DNA of 64,000 nucleotides from Actinomycetota bacterium. GTDB lineage: Bacteria; Actinomycetota; Actinomycetes; Nanopelagicales; Nanopelagicaceae. Numbering within the stretch: position 1 is the first letter of the stretch; every line of letters begins with the position of its first letter. Shown piece after piece: positions 20,449 to 31,452 of this stretch. Position numbers and translations under genes: made by a program. The notes beneath the pieces are model-generated. The model was not told where the DNA came from and searched no databases. It saw only the letters and a program-made list of their open reading frames with translations. The stretch lies in contig VGAL01000001.1 in the NCBI GenBank assembly GCA_016870715.1, positions 21,835 through 85,834 of the forward strand, read 5' to 3'.

Positions 20449-21585
20449 TTACTTGAGGAAATCTGGAACATCAAGTTCATCAACGGAGCCATCTTCTTCA
20501 AAGATGATTCGCTTTCGAGTTGCTCCGCCCCCGAGCGCGCTCCCCGCAGGAACTGAGGCAGCTACTTCGAGGGGATCGCTCTTCTCTCGAGTCGGTGCGA
20601 TGGGAGTCTCAATGACCGGCACATCGATCTTGGTTGGTTCTCCACTTTCGAATCCGGCAGCGATGACTGTCACGCGAACCTCATCACCGAGCGCATCGTC
20701 AATAACGGTGCCATAAATGATATTTGCATCGGGGTGGGCCGAGGCGGCAACTAACTCTGCCGCTTCACTAATCTCAAATAGCCCGAGATCTGAGCCGCCG
20801 GCGATAGAGAGGAGTACCCCATGGGCGCCATCGATCGAGGCTTCGAGTAGTGGGCTCGCAATTGCCGTCTCTGCTGCCCGGGTAGCGCGGTTATCCCCGC
20901 GCGCAGAGCCAATGCCCATCAACGCAGAACCGGCCCCGAACATCACTGAACGTACATCGGCGAAGTCTAGGTTGATCAGACCAGGAGTTGTGATCAGATC
21001 GGTAATTCCCTGGACGCCGGCAAGTAATACTTGGTCAGCGCTTTTAAATGCTTCGAGAGCGGTAATGGTCCGATCGGAAATTGATAACAATCGATCGTTG
21101 GGAATAACGATCAGAGTATCAACCTCTTTCCGTAGCGCAGAGATTCCCTCTTCAGCTTGAGCTGCGCGGCGCTTACCTTCAAAGGTAAAAGGTCGAGTGA
21201 CTACTCCAACTGTTAATGCTCCTAATTCCTGCGCTATTCGCGCAACAATTGGCGCACCACCCGTTCCTGTTCCGCCACCTTCACCTGCGGTCACAAAAAC
21301 CATATCTGAGCCACGGAGAACTTCACGAATTTCTTCCTCATGATCGGCTGCTGCCTGTCGTCCAACATCAGGCGATGCGCCTGCGCCTAATCCTCGAGTG
21401 ATAGCTCGGCCAATATCTAATTTCACATCTGCATCGCTCATGAGCAACGCTTGCGCATCGGTGTTAATTGCGATGAACTCGACGCCTTTCAAACCAACAT
21501 CAATCATTCGATTTACAGCATTAACTCCACCGCCACCAATTCCAACGACTTTGATTACTGCAAGATAATTTTGTGGGGTGACCAC
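20449..21585 (-). CDS. ftsZ: cell division GTPase FtsZ
   Basis: 378 aa with [15 protein letters not shown] and [13 protein letters not shown] start. Confidence 0.97.
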   Translation of the reverse strand: MVTPQNYLAVIKVVGIGGGGVNAVNRMIDVGLKGVEFIAINTDAQALLMSDADVKLDIGRAITRGLGAGASPDVGRQAAADHEEEIREVLRGSDMVFVTAGEGGGTGTGGAPIVARIAQELGALTVGVVTRPFTFEGKRRAAQAEEGISALRKEVDTLIVIPNDRLLSISDRTITALEAFKSADQVLLAGVQGITDLITTPGLINLDFADVRSVMFGAGSALMGIGSARGDNRATRAAETAIASPLLEASIDGAHGVLLSIAGGSDLGLFEISEAAELVAASAHPDANIIYGTVIDDALGDEVRVTVIAAGFESGEPTKIDVPVIETPIAPTREKSDPLEVAASVPAGSALGGGATRKRIIFEEDGSVDELDVPDFLK

Positions 21586-21735
21586 TGCTGCGCCTTTCGA
21601 CAGGAGATAACCCTCATTCTCTACTTGAGAGTGAGCGCTATCTCAAAACGTGGCGAGAAGGTAGAGGCAAAATCGCTGCGCTACAAATACCAACGCGCTT
21701 TTTTTTCGCTGTGTCGCGCAGTAAGAATTACTTAC

Positions 21736-22404
21736 TCATCGAACTGTGGGAGTTAGTGGAGTGGCAATATCGATGAAACGCGCCCTCTTATTCTCTGGCG
21801 CCTCCAAAAGCGCAGCAAGAACGGTTAACTTCGCCTCGAGATCGGTTGCGCTCCCCCACAATATTGTCAGCCCTCCACGAAGTGAGAAGGCGATTGAGCC
21901 GCTGCTGGGCAGCGCGATGGTGTCGACCCGAGTTTTGATTTTTTTTGGCAGGGAGTAGTAAATATCCAACCCATCTTTGAGGAAGCGGCGATCGCCGGTG
22001 ATGACGGGGATTCCCCGAGGCGCCTTTGAGACTTCGACAAAGGTCACACCGGTGGAATCACCGAGAAGGAATCGCCCTTTCGTCGTCGCAATTGCTACAT
22101 CGATCGAACGTAAGGTCACGCCAATTTCGACAGCGTGGAGAGGTTTACGATTTATCTCCACTCGGGCAATCTCAGGGTACTTGCCCAAAGCGCGAGCAAC
22201 TGAGCCGGTGCTAACTCGGGCCAACTTGTCACCAACTCTTATGCCACTTGCTTTGATCACTCTCTTCTCGGTGAGCGTTCGCGCCCCTTCAATTCCTGTC
22301 ACCTCGATGGTGCGTACCTCTAGGAGACTTGACCATCCCAGCAAGTACCCCAGTACAGCAATGACAAGTAGAGGTAAGAAGATTCGTTTAACTTTGGCGT
22401 TCAT
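21736..22404 (-). CDS. ftsQ: cell division protein FtsQ (POTRA domain)
   Basis: 222 aa with an N-terminal TM followed by a POTRA-like region. Lies between murC and ftsZ. Confidence 0.85.
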   Translation of the reverse strand: MNAKVKRIFLPLLVIAVLGYLLGWSSLLEVRTIEVTGIEGARTLTEKRVIKASGIRVGDKLARVSTGSVARALGKYPEIARVEINRKPLHAVEIGVTLRSIDVAIATTKGRFLLGDSTGVTFVEVSKAPRGIPVITGDRRFLKDGLDIYYSLPKKIKTRVDTIALPSSGSIAFSLRGGLTILWGSATDLEAKLTVLAALLEAPENKRARFIDIATPLTPTVR

Positions 22405-23785
22405 TTATCGCCGCGATTATCTGAGGGGGCAACGAGGTGACATCCCCTGCTCCCATCGTCAGAATGAGATCCCCTTCTCTCGCAAAGTTCACTGCCGCTT
22501 CAATAGCCGTCATCAAATTTGGCTCAAAGATGCTCGCGCCCCCCAAAGCATTAATACTTGATGAGATAGCAGCGCTACTTGCTCCCGGCACAGGTCTCTC
22601 TCCTGCTCCATATATATCAAGGAGCAGAACAAAGTCGGCATGGCGCAGAGACTCGGCAAATTGATTGCTAAAGGCTGCTGTTCGGGAATAGCGATGAGGT
22701 TGGAAAATCACGATCACTCGCCCCGATGGAGCGACCAATCGAGCGGTGGCGATAGTGGCGTGAACTTCGGTCGGATGATGTGCGTAATCATCGAAGACCC
22801 GAATACCTCGTGCGCTCCCTCGTAATTCAAAGCGTCTTCCCACCCCCGAAAACGTGCCCAGGTGAGCGATGGCCTCGCTAGCAGGTGCATTAATTACCAG
22901 AGTCATTGCAAGCGCGGCTGCAGAGTTGAGTACGTTATGGGCGCCCGGAATGGAGATGGTTACTTCGCCGAGAGTCTTACCCTGCCATGTGGCTCGGTAT
23001 AAGGATTTATCGGAGCCGGTATGCATATGGGAGATCCGTAAATCCGCCTCCGCCGCTTGACCATATAAATAGCTCTCCAACCCACGTTTCCGTGCAAATG
23101 CAGAGAGGCGGGCGCTACCTGGATCATCTGCGCAAAGGATTACACCTTTCTTCACAGTAGCTACGAGCGCTTCAAATGCGCTATTGATTGCCTGTTCATC
23201 AGCAAAATGATCGACATGATCGACTTCGACATTGGTGACTATCGCATAATCAGGGTGGTATTCGATAAAGGAACCATCAGATTCATCTGCTTCGACCACG
23301 AAGACTTTCCCAGTTCCATGATGAGAATTGGCTCGAGAATCATGAGGAGTTCCTCCGATTGCAAACGAGGGATCCATCCCTAAGCCCTGCAAAGTGATGG
23401 TGAGCATTGAGGTTGTGGTGGTTTTGCCATGAGTCCCCGCTACGGCTACCGAGGTGTATCCCTTAAGTAGGGTCGCCAACGCTTGCGCTCTGGTAATCAC
23501 CAAGATTCCACGCGCTCGGGCGCCTCGTAACTCACTATTCTCCTCGCGAATAGCGCTGGAAACGACAACAGTTCTCGCATCTGCAATATGTGCCTCATCA
23601 TGTCCTACATAGATAGTCGCCCCTTGTAGGGTCAGCGCGTGTAAGGCAGTTGAATCCGTTACATCAGAACCAGAGACTGCAAAACCTCTATCGATACATA
23701 TTCGCGCAATACCACTCATTCCAGCGCCACCAATGCCGATGAAATGGATGGGTGCTAGCAACTCATTCACCGCACTCCTCCACAT
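22388..23785 (-). CDS. murC: UDP-N-acetylmuramate--L-alanine ligase
   Basis: 465 aa with HFIGIGGAGMSGIA and AVAGTHGKTTTTSM. Confidence 0.95.
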   Translation of the reverse strand: MWRSAVNELLAPIHFIGIGGAGMSGIARICIDRGFAVSGSDVTDSTALHALTLQGATIYVGHDEAHIADARTVVVSSAIREENSELRGARARGILVITRAQALATLLKGYTSVAVAGTHGKTTTTSMLTITLQGLGMDPSFAIGGTPHDSRANSHHGTGKVFVVEADESDGSFIEYHPDYAIVTNVEVDHVDHFADEQAINSAFEALVATVKKGVILCADDPGSARLSAFARKRGLESYLYGQAAEADLRISHMHTGSDKSLYRATWQGKTLGEVTISIPGAHNVLNSAAALAMTLVINAPASEAIAHLGTFSGVGRRFELRGSARGIRVFDDYAHHPTEVHATIATARLVAPSGRVIVIFQPHRYSRTAAFSNQFAESLRHADFVLLLDIYGAGERPVPGASSAAISSSINALGGASIFEPNLMTAIEAAVNFAREGDLILTMGAGDVTSLPPQIIAAINERQS

Positions 23786-24861
23786 TCAAGAATTACCTCA
23801 GCTAGAGATTGTGCCGGAGAGCTCTCGCGAGAATTGCCAACGATGGAGCGCTTCGATAGATCTTCTATAGCGGAGAGCATATTGACTGAAGTAAGCTCCT
23901 CATTTGCAATTAATTGCACATTTCCCTGAGCTAGCAATTCTTCAGCATTCTTCCGCTGTTCTCCATTTCCGATATCCAATGGGATTAAGAGCGCAGGAGT
24001 TCCAGTAGCCAGTAACTCTGCGCAGGTACCCGCACCACTTCGCGCTATAACGATGTTAGCCGCTAGAAATGCTTGATCCATTTTGGCGATATATGCAACA
24101 GGGTGATACCCAGGTCGTTCCGTAAGTGATTCTTTTCCAACTCCCGTTGCATGGAGTATTTGATAGCCACGGTAAATTAACTCATCTACCGCTGATTCAA
24201 GGGTATTGTTGATTCTTGCTGCACCCAGAGATCCGCCAAAGACCAAAATAGTCTTCTTGCTCGTATCTAGATTTAATTCCTTCCGTGCATGTATTTGTTC
24301 TGATGCGCGCTCCTTCTCGCCCATCTTTCCAAGCTTCCAGATCGAGGAACGAATAGGTAGCCCAATAGCCGTTGAATTCCTCCAGTCATGGACTGGAAAG
24401 TTGGTCAATGTCCGGGTCGCCATCACCCTGCCTAGGCGATTGGCAAGGCCAGGTACGGCATTTGCTTCATGGATTATCAATGGTTTTCTCAATATGAAGG
24501 CTGCAATGTAAGCCGGGAGTGCAACGTAACCTCCAAAGCCAACTACGACATCGCTCCTTCGTGCTACCGGCAAGGTGCGGAAGATTGCCACCAAGAGTCT
24601 GGGAAGAAATGAGAGCGCTCGGATATTGATCCCACGTGGAAAATCTGTCTTTGGGACTAGATAAAAATCTGCCCCCTTCTCGCTCAAAATTCTTAACTCG
24701 GCCCCTTCTTTCGTCGCAAGAAATCTGACGACCAATCGCATTTCAGGTCTCGTGGTGAGAATCTCTTGGAGCGCAGCTTCCGTTGCTAATGCCGGAAGTA
24801 GATGACCTGCAGTTCCACCCCCAGCAAACAAAATTGATAATTCTCTCTGTGGCGTCCTCAT
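23767..24861 (-). CDS. murG: undecaprenyl-PP-MurNAc-pentapeptide GlcNAc transferase
   Basis: 364 aa with GGGTAGHLLPA. dcw position. Confidence 0.94.
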   Translation of the reverse strand: MRTPQRELSILFAGGGTAGHLLPALATEAALQEILTTRPEMRLVVRFLATKEGAELRILSEKGADFYLVPKTDFPRGINIRALSFLPRLLVAIFRTLPVARRSDVVVGFGGYVALPAYIAAFILRKPLIIHEANAVPGLANRLGRVMATRTLTNFPVHDWRNSTAIGLPIRSSIWKLGKMGEKERASEQIHARKELNLDTSKKTILVFGGSLGAARINNTLESAVDELIYRGYQILHATGVGKESLTERPGYHPVAYIAKMDQAFLAANIVIARSGAGTCAELLATGTPALLIPLDIGNGEQRKNAEELLAQGNVQLIANEELTSVNMLSAIEDLSKRSIVGNSRESSPAQSLAEVILECGGVR

Positions 24862-26048
24862 CGTGTACGCCAGCTAAAAATCTTTGGTCGAGCATCAAAA
24901 TATTCTTTCGCCTCAGGTTCGCGACGAGCGACGCCGAGAATGAAGGCCAAACCGAACATGGAGGTAATGAGCGCAGAACCTCCATATGAAACAAGCGGCA
25001 TTGGCAATCCCACCACAGGAAAGACTCCCGTGGCCGAACCAATATTGATAGAGGCCTGAGCAATGATCCAAATCGTCACGCCTGCTACTGCATACCGTGA
25101 GAAGGAATCACGAGTTGTAATTGCGATTTTAATTCCCGTCCAGGCAATCATGAAAAATGCAAGGAGAACGATTGTGGTTCCCAATAACCCAATCTCCTCA
25201 CCAATCACTGCGAAGATAAAATCGGTATGAGCTTCAGGGCCGAGATTTCCCCATTTTTGTCTACTGCCACCTAGTCCTACACCAAAGATTCCACCCGTCG
25301 CCAACGCCATGCGCGAATGGGCTGGTTGCCAACCGAGACCGAGATAATTTGCTGCAGCAAATGGATCGAGAAAAGCAGTCAGACGATTGAGTAGCGCAGG
25401 TCGCACCAGTGCAAGCGCTGTAATCACAGCCAGCGCAAAGCCTCCGATGAGCAGTAAGCGGGAGATTCGCTCACCTGAGACAAAGAGCATCCCAATCAGG
25501 ATAAGTGCAAGAACCATTACTGTTCCAATATCTTTTCCGGCCAGAATAAGAAGTGAGATGAAACTAAAGCCAGTCAATAGAGCGAGGGTCCCCTGGTTAC
25601 GAAGGAATTCACCACGTTCGACTCGAGCAAGAACAAATGCTGCCCAGATAATGAGTGCGATTTTTGAAAACTCACTAGGCTGAATGGTGATTGGCCCAAG
25701 ATGAATCCAGTTTCTATTTCCATTGATTTCCAGGCCGATTCCATCAACGAATACCAGTCCTAACATCACTACTGAGGCAAGTAGTAGCGCTGGAGAGATC
25801 CGCCGCCAACCTTTGGTAGGCATCCTAAAAGCACCGTATCCAAGGAGTATTCCGCCCGCGAACCAGATCAGCTGTCGAAATACGATGGCAAAAGAGGATC
25901 CAGAGTTTGCATAAGCGCGAACCCCTGAGGCTGAAAGAACCATCAATAAACCCATGAAGATGAGCACACCCATTCCAGAGAGCAAGATGTAGAAGGGTGC
26001 AGTCGGATGGGTTAAGAGAGATTTGCGACTCTGAGCCAACCTACTCAC
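24858..26048 (-). CDS. ftsW: SEDS-family peptidoglycan glycosyltransferase FtsW
   Basis: Multi-TM SEDS sequence. I trimmed the ORF-track start (26177) to the GTG at 26048, which overlaps the murD stop by 8 nt. The longer version would overlap murD by about 137 nt. Confidence 0.9.
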   Translation of the reverse strand: MSRLAQSRKSLLTHPTAPFYILLSGMGVLIFMGLLMVLSASGVRAYANSGSSFAIVFRQLIWFAGGILLGYGAFRMPTKGWRRISPALLLASVVMLGLVFVDGIGLEINGNRNWIHLGPITIQPSEFSKIALIIWAAFVLARVERGEFLRNQGTLALLTGFSFISLLILAGKDIGTVMVLALILIGMLFVSGERISRLLLIGGFALAVITALALVRPALLNRLTAFLDPFAAANYLGLGWQPAHSRMALATGGIFGVGLGGSRQKWGNLGPEAHTDFIFAVIGEEIGLLGTTIVLLAFFMIAWTGIKIAITTRDSFSRYAVAGVTIWIIAQASINIGSATGVFPVVGLPMPLVSYGGSALITSMFGLAFILGVARREPEAKEYFDARPKIFSWRTR

Positions 26049-27462
26049 CCACCAATTCCCGAACAGCCTCAGCGAAAAATTCTCCGCGTTGGGCATAAGA
26101 CTGGAACTGATCCATAGAGGCGCAGGCGGGCGCAAGGAGGACCGTATCGCCCGGCTGCACAACTTTACTAGCGGCAAAGACTACATCTCGCATCAGTTGT
26201 TTTGCCTTTTCTTCATCAACTAGGGAACTATTCTCATCAATCATCATTATTTCGATATGCGCTCCGTATTTCTTTAGCCCGGCAGATATTAAATCGCGAT
26301 CTGCACCAATCAAGATTGCTGCACGAATCTGCGCACTCCTTCGTTTAATCAGGGTATTCATATCCGCCCCCTTGGCTAATCCGCCGGCAATCCACACAAC
26401 TGAATCGAAGGCGGCTAAAGAGGCATTAGCTGCGTGTGGATTAGTTGCCTTTGAATCATTTATCCAAGTGATTCCTCGGGCTTGCGAAATCATCTCAATA
26501 CGGTGATGTCCTGGTGTGAAATCGCGCAACCCTTCGCGTATCGCTTCCGCTGAAATATCGAAAACTCGAGCTAATCCTGCCGCTGCCAGCGCATTGGCAA
26601 CGTTATGCGGCGCTGGCGGGTTGATATCTGCCAATGTTGCCAATTCGATGGCAGTGGATTGTGAACCAGTGAAAGCGCGATCAACCAGCAGCTCCTCAAC
26701 CAAACCTATTTGGCCATATTGTGGAACTTGCAGAGTGAAAGTAGTGATATCTCGTTCTGCGAGGAGCTTATCGAGCGCTTCATGCAGCTTTGGGTCATCG
26801 CTATTGATCAATGCATGCGACGCACCGTTAAAGATTTTTAATTTTGCATCGAGATATTCCGAGAAACTCCCGTGCCAATCAAGATGATCGTCGTCAATAT
26901 TTAATAGTGCCGCGGCATCGAGTTCCAGAGCGGTGCTCCAATGTAATTGGAAGGAAGATAGTTCCACTATCAAGTACTCGTAAAATTGATCTTGAGTAAT
27001 AATTTCAATAACAGGGGTGCCAACGTTCCCACAAGCAATTGCGGAAAATCCAGCAGCCTTGAAAATTGATTCGACCATGCCGACCGTGCTGGTCTTACCG
27101 TTGGTGCCAGTTATGCCAATCCACTTTCGCTTATTGCGGCTACCGGAACTTGTAAGGAACTCCTTGCGGTCATGAAGGAAGGCGAATTCGATCTCTCCCA
27201 TTATTTGAGCGCCTTGCGCGAGCGCTGCCAATAAAACCGGATGGTCAGGGCGCCATCCTGGGGAGGTTATGAGCAATGGCGGGAATTCTTGGGGAATCGC
27301 AAAGACAGTTCTGATTCCTAATTGTGAAAGTTCATGGGCTACTTCACGATGGCGTTCATCATCACGTTCTTCAAAGACAGTGACCTGATAGCCGAGTTTC
27401 TTTAGTGAGCGTGCAGTTGCTTCGCCAGTTACACCTAAGCCAGTAACCAGTATCTGAGACAT
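26041..27462 (-). CDS. murD: UDP-N-acetylmuramoylalanine--D-glutamate ligase
   Basis: 473 aa with GITGTNGKTST. Confidence 0.95.
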   Translation of the reverse strand: MSQILVTGLGVTGEATARSLKKLGYQVTVFEERDDERHREVAHELSQLGIRTVFAIPQEFPPLLITSPGWRPDHPVLLAALAQGAQIMGEIEFAFLHDRKEFLTSSGSRNKRKWIGITGTNGKTSTVGMVESIFKAAGFSAIACGNVGTPVIEIITQDQFYEYLIVELSSFQLHWSTALELDAAALLNIDDDHLDWHGSFSEYLDAKLKIFNGASHALINSDDPKLHEALDKLLAERDITTFTLQVPQYGQIGLVEELLVDRAFTGSQSTAIELATLADINPPAPHNVANALAAAGLARVFDISAEAIREGLRDFTPGHHRIEMISQARGITWINDSKATNPHAANASLAAFDSVVWIAGGLAKGADMNTLIKRRSAQIRAAILIGADRDLISAGLKKYGAHIEIMMIDENSSLVDEEKAKQLMRDVVFAASKVVQPGDTVLLAPACASMDQFQSYAQRGEFFAEAVRELVGE

Positions 27463-27476
27463 TTATGGTTACGCGC

Positions 27477-28535
27477 CTAACCTGTTACCCATGCGCCGTA
27501 AAAGAGCCCTAATCCAGCTGCAACGAGGATTCCAGCAATAATCCAGAAACGAATCACAATCGTAACTTCGCCCCATCCAAGTAATTCAAAATGATGCTGT
27601 AGCGGTGCCATCCGAAAGATGCGTTTACCACCGGAGATCTTGAAGTAGGTCACCTGAAGGATTACGGAGAGCGTAATAACTGCAAAGAGACCACCGATGA
27701 GTACAAGTAAAAGTTCCGTGCGCAAGGTGATTGCCAATCCCGCAAGCGCGCCTCCTAATGCCAACGAACCGGTATCGCCCATAAAAATCTTGGCAGGGCT
27801 CGCATTCCACCAAAGGAAGGCAAAGCAGGCGCCACTTAACGCAGCAGCGAGGACCGCAAGATCGAGTGGGTCTCGCACCTCGTAGCACTTTGTCCCAGCA
27901 GCAATCGCACAGCTCTGTCCAAACTCCCAGACTCCTATCAATATGAATGCTCCGAAACTCATGACTGCAGCGCCAGTTGCAAGGCCATCCAAACCATCGG
28001 TGAGATTGACTCCATTGCTAGTGGCGGTAATCATCAGAAAGACCCATATGATGACAAGTACCACCCCAAGTTTGATCGAAGTATCACGAACGGTCGAAAG
28101 ATTTAATGAAACCGGAGTGAGTCCGCGTTCATCTGGAAAATTCACTCCGGCAATAGCAAAAGCAATAGCCACCACACTTTGGGCAAGCATCTTGGTCCGC
28201 GCACGTAAACCAAGTGAGCGTTGGCGCGAAACTTTTAACCAATCATCAAGAAATCCGACTAAACCTAAACCTGTCATGAGACCCATCACGAGCAATGCGG
28301 AGACAGTGACCGAACGTTGGGTAATAACATGAGCGAGGAAATAACTGGCGATGACCGAGGCGATGATGACTGTTCCGCCCATAGTGGGTGTACCGCGTTT
28401 TGTATGGTGCGAGGTGGGGCCGTCATCTCGAATAAATTGTCCATAGCCGCGCTTGACCAACAGCTTGATAGCTGCTGGAGTGCCGAAGAAGGCAAAGAGG
28501 AAAGCCAAGGCTCCTGCGGAAAGTATCCCTCGCAT
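27477..28535 (-). CDS. mraY: phospho-N-acetylmuramoyl-pentapeptide transferase
   Basis: 352 aa, polytopic, with [10 protein letters not shown] and [13 protein letters not shown]. Confidence 0.96.
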   Translation of the reverse strand: MRGILSAGALAFLFAFFGTPAAIKLLVKRGYGQFIRDDGPTSHHTKRGTPTMGGTVIIASVIASYFLAHVITQRSVTVSALLVMGLMTGLGLVGFLDDWLKVSRQRSLGLRARTKMLAQSVVAIAFAIAGVNFPDERGLTPVSLNLSTVRDTSIKLGVVLVIIWVFLMITATSNGVNLTDGLDGLATGAAVMSFGAFILIGVWEFGQSCAIAAGTKCYEVRDPLDLAVLAAALSGACFAFLWWNASPAKIFMGDTGSLALGGALAGLAITLRTELLLVLIGGLFAVITLSVILQVTYFKISGGKRIFRMAPLQHHFELLGWGEVTIVIRFWIIAGILVAAGLGLFYGAWVTG

Positions 28536-28546
28536 CGCTGCCTTAC

Positions 28547-29929
28547 CTACCCGTTCTCTTCTTCGCTCTGATGAGAGCGCTCTATCGATATCTTGAGCAT
28601 CTCACTGAGATTCTCTAATCCCTCGGCTCGCGAACCTTTGACTAGTATCACATCTCCCGAGGTTATTTCTGTGGACATCGCTAGCGCCTCTTCAAATGAA
28701 GCGACATGTGTAACGAGATTGCCCTGCGTGCCTCCATATTCAGGAGTATTAACCGCAATCACATGATCAATTTCAAGGCGTTCGGCAGTTTCGGTGATGC
28801 TCTCGTGGTCAGCCTTTGAATTCTCCCCTAGTTCATGCATTCGCCCGAGGAAAGCCCATGCTCTACCGCCGCGCTCTTGCGCAAAATAGCGAAGGGTCTC
28901 GAGCGCAGCTCTCATGCTCTCTGGATTTGCATTGTAAGAATCATTAATAAGGAGTATCGAACCCAAGTGGGAGATTTCCATCCGCCACTTACTTGCAACT
29001 TCAGCGGTAGATAGCGAGCTAGCAATCTTCTCGATTGGCATTCCGAAGGCGCTCGCAATCGCCGCTGCAGCGAGAGCATTGGGAATCTGATGCCGTCCAA
29101 TGAGCCGAAGCGCGACCGGTTCTCGACCAGCGCTTGTGACCAAATCGAAATGAGCAGATCCTTCGCGAATCTCGATATCTGCAGCGCGAACATCACACGA
29201 TGACTTCTCTCCGAAAAATAATACCGATGCCGGTGCCTTCTGAGCCATCAGTGGAGTGAATTCATCATACGTCCCAAGTATCGAAAGTGAATCGGGTGGA
29301 AGATTCGAGATTATTTCTGATTTAGTCTCAGCAATCTGTTCTCGAGAACCAAATTCACCAAGATGAGCACTTCCCACCACAAGCACAACGCCTACATTTG
29401 GTCGCGCCATCTTCACTAGACGAGCGATATCACCAGAGCGTCTGGCTCCCATCTCCAAAATACAGAATTTAGTCTGGCTATCGGCTCGCAACAGAGTAAG
29501 CGGCACCCCTAGATCATTATTGAACGATTGCTCTGGTGCGATGGTCTCGCCAGCAAGTGCGAGCACGTGGCGAGTAATATCCTTTGTAGTCGTCTTTCCC
29601 TGTGATCCAGTGATACCTACTACTTTCATATCAGTAAGCCTCGTACGAACTTCGGCAGCTAATTTGTTGATTGCGATAATTACATCAGGTACCACGATGC
29701 AGGTAGTTCCCAGTGGACGTGTCGTGAGTGCGCATGCCGCGCCATCTGCAAGCGCCTGCTCGACAAAATCATGACCATCAAGGTGTTCACCTTTAAGGGC
29801 TAAGAAGAGGCCACCAGGAATGACTTTTCGAGAATCGAAGAATGGCTCACGAGAGACCACAATTGATGCATCTCCATGGATATCGCCATCAACAATCTCT
29901 GCGATTTCTCTGAGCGTGAGCGGAATCAT
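28547..29929 (-). CDS. murF: UDP-MurNAc-tripeptide--D-Ala-D-Ala ligase
   Basis: 460 aa with [13 protein letters not shown]. Confidence 0.94.
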   Translation of the reverse strand: MIPLTLREIAEIVDGDIHGDASIVVSREPFFDSRKVIPGGLFLALKGEHLDGHDFVEQALADGAACALTTRPLGTTCIVVPDVIIAINKLAAEVRTRLTDMKVVGITGSQGKTTTKDITRHVLALAGETIAPEQSFNNDLGVPLTLLRADSQTKFCILEMGARRSGDIARLVKMARPNVGVVLVVGSAHLGEFGSREQIAETKSEIISNLPPDSLSILGTYDEFTPLMAQKAPASVLFFGEKSSCDVRAADIEIREGSAHFDLVTSAGREPVALRLIGRHQIPNALAAAAIASAFGMPIEKIASSLSTAEVASKWRMEISHLGSILLINDSYNANPESMRAALETLRYFAQERGGRAWAFLGRMHELGENSKADHESITETAERLEIDHVIAVNTPEYGGTQGNLVTHVASFEEALAMSTEITSGDVILVKGSRAEGLENLSEMLKISIERSHQSEEENG

Positions 29930-31452
29930 TTATTTTTACCGATCAATTCTTGCGCGATATCACGATCATTGAAGGGATGGACGACGCCTTTGATCTCTTG
30001 ACCAGACTCGTGTCCTTTGCCGAGAATAAGTAGAACGTCTCCTTTGAGCGCGATTGACAAACCGCGTTCGATTGCTTTCCGGCGATCAATCTCAACCTCA
30101 ACATTCTCAAATCTACTTGGCTGCATCTGCTCGATGATTTCCGCAGCCGACTCACTCCTTGGGTTATCACTGGTAAAAATCGCAATATCGCACCCTTCGG
30201 CAAGCGCCTTGCCCATCAGAGGTCGTTTACTTGAATCACGTTCTCCGCCGCAGCCAAGAATTCCAATGATTCGACCCGAGGTATTTGGTTTTACTGCCAA
30301 GATCACTCGTTCGACAGCATCAGGTGAGTGGGCATAATCAATGAGAACGCTCACTCCATCGGGATGTTCTACTCGTTCTAGGCGCCCAGGCGCCCCGTGC
30401 GCATTCGAGAGCGCATCTGCAGCTGCAAGTGGATCAATTCCACTATCAACAGCGAGTGCAATTGCCATGATTGCATTGGATATGTTGTACTCACCCACGA
30501 GCGGGGTTCTTACATCGAGTAATACCCCATTCGGTCCACGAACGGTGAACTGCATGCCGTGGGAGGAGGATGGCAACTGCTCAACAAGGTGCCAACTTGC
30601 TGTTCGATTTGTGAGCGAGAGATCAAGTGCTGGTATCGACGCCTCTTGATAAAGGCGAAGGCCCCACTCGGTATCTACATTGATGATTGCATTCTCAGCG
30701 AATGAGAGAGTAAATAACCGCTTCTTAGCTTTGAAATAAGAATCCATGTCGCCATGAAAATCCAGATGATCTTGCGAGAGATTAGTGAAGGCAACTGTGG
30801 CAAATCGTGAGCCATCGACGCGATGTAGTGTAAGCGAATGACTGGAAACTTCCATCACTACATTTTGGATATGTCGTTCGCTGTAAGTGGCTAGTAGCGC
30901 TTGTAGTTCAGGCGCCTCCATCGTTGTACGAGTGCTGGGATATCGATCGGCACCCACTTTTACCTCTACAGTTCCCATCAATCCAGTCTCGCGGCGATTC
31001 TCCCTCCAGATGTGCTCAAGCAGATATGAGACCGTGGTCTTTCCGTTTGTCCCTGTGATTCCGTACAGGCGCAGATTGTGCGATGGAGCTCCGAAGAACC
31101 ATGATGCTAGAGGACCAAGAGCGCCCCGCACATCGCGCGTTGCAAGACATGGAGTGGTCTTATGAGGCGATTTAATCAAATATTCATAACCAGAGTGATC
31201 GGTAAGTATGGCGACTGCGCCAGACTTGATCGCCTCTTCAACAAAGGAGATTCCGTGAGTGTGAGCTCCTTGTAGCGCTACGAACAAGTCTCCTTGAGTT
31301 ACTTGGTGGGAATTGAGGGTAAGGCCTGTGATATTGAGGTAAATATTGGGATGGCTATTTGGATTTACACTCGCGTAAGACACCTCAAGAAAATCAGCGA
31401 CTTGCTTGAGGGTTCGCGAATATTCATACTGCAGAAGCTCTCGCATACTCAC
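29926..31452 (-). CDS. murE: UDP-MurNAc-L-Ala-D-Glu--2,6-diaminopimelate ligase
   Basis: 508 aa with GITGTNGKTTVSY and DNPRSE near the C-terminus. Confidence 0.94.
   Translation of the reverse strand: MSMRELLQYEYSRTLKQVADFLEVSYASVNPNSHPNIYLNITGLTLNSHQVTQGDLFVALQGAHTHGISFVEEAIKSGAVAILTDHSGYEYLIKSPHKTTPCLATRDVRGALGPLASWFFGAPSHNLRLYGITGTNGKTTVSYLLEHIWRENRRETGLMGTVEVKVGADRYPSTRTTMEAPELQALLATYSERHIQNVVMEVSSHSLTLHRVDGSRFATVAFTNLSQDHLDFHGDMDSYFKAKKRLFTLSFAENAIINVDTEWGLRLYQEASIPALDLSLTNRTASWHLVEQLPSSSHGMQFTVRGPNGVLLDVRTPLVGEYNISNAIMAIALAVDSGIDPLAAADALSNAHGAPGRLERVEHPDGVSVLIDYAHSPDAVERVILAVKPNTSGRIIGILGCGGERDSSKRPLMGKALAEGCDIAIFTSDNPRSESAAEIIEQMQPSRFENVEVEIDRRKAIERGLSIALKGDVLLILGKGHESGQEIKGVVHPFNDRDIAQELIGKNK

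Noticed and set aside
21586-21735. T8 run and GCGC hairpin in the ftsQ-ftsZ spacer, considered as a plus-strand terminator or sRNA
   Set aside because: The stem is only 4 bp with a 13-nt loop, and no plus-strand gene ends here. The spacer is the expected location of ftsZ promoters, so I cannot support a separate feature.
26049-26177. Extended ftsW start, and similar long extensions of metF (to 52647), the CDP-alcohol transferase (to 51766) and the hydrolase (from 46076)
   Set aside because: Each extension overlaps a well-supported neighbouring gene by 50-140 nt. Each has an internal GTG/ATG forming the 4-8-nt stop-start overlap used throughout this window.
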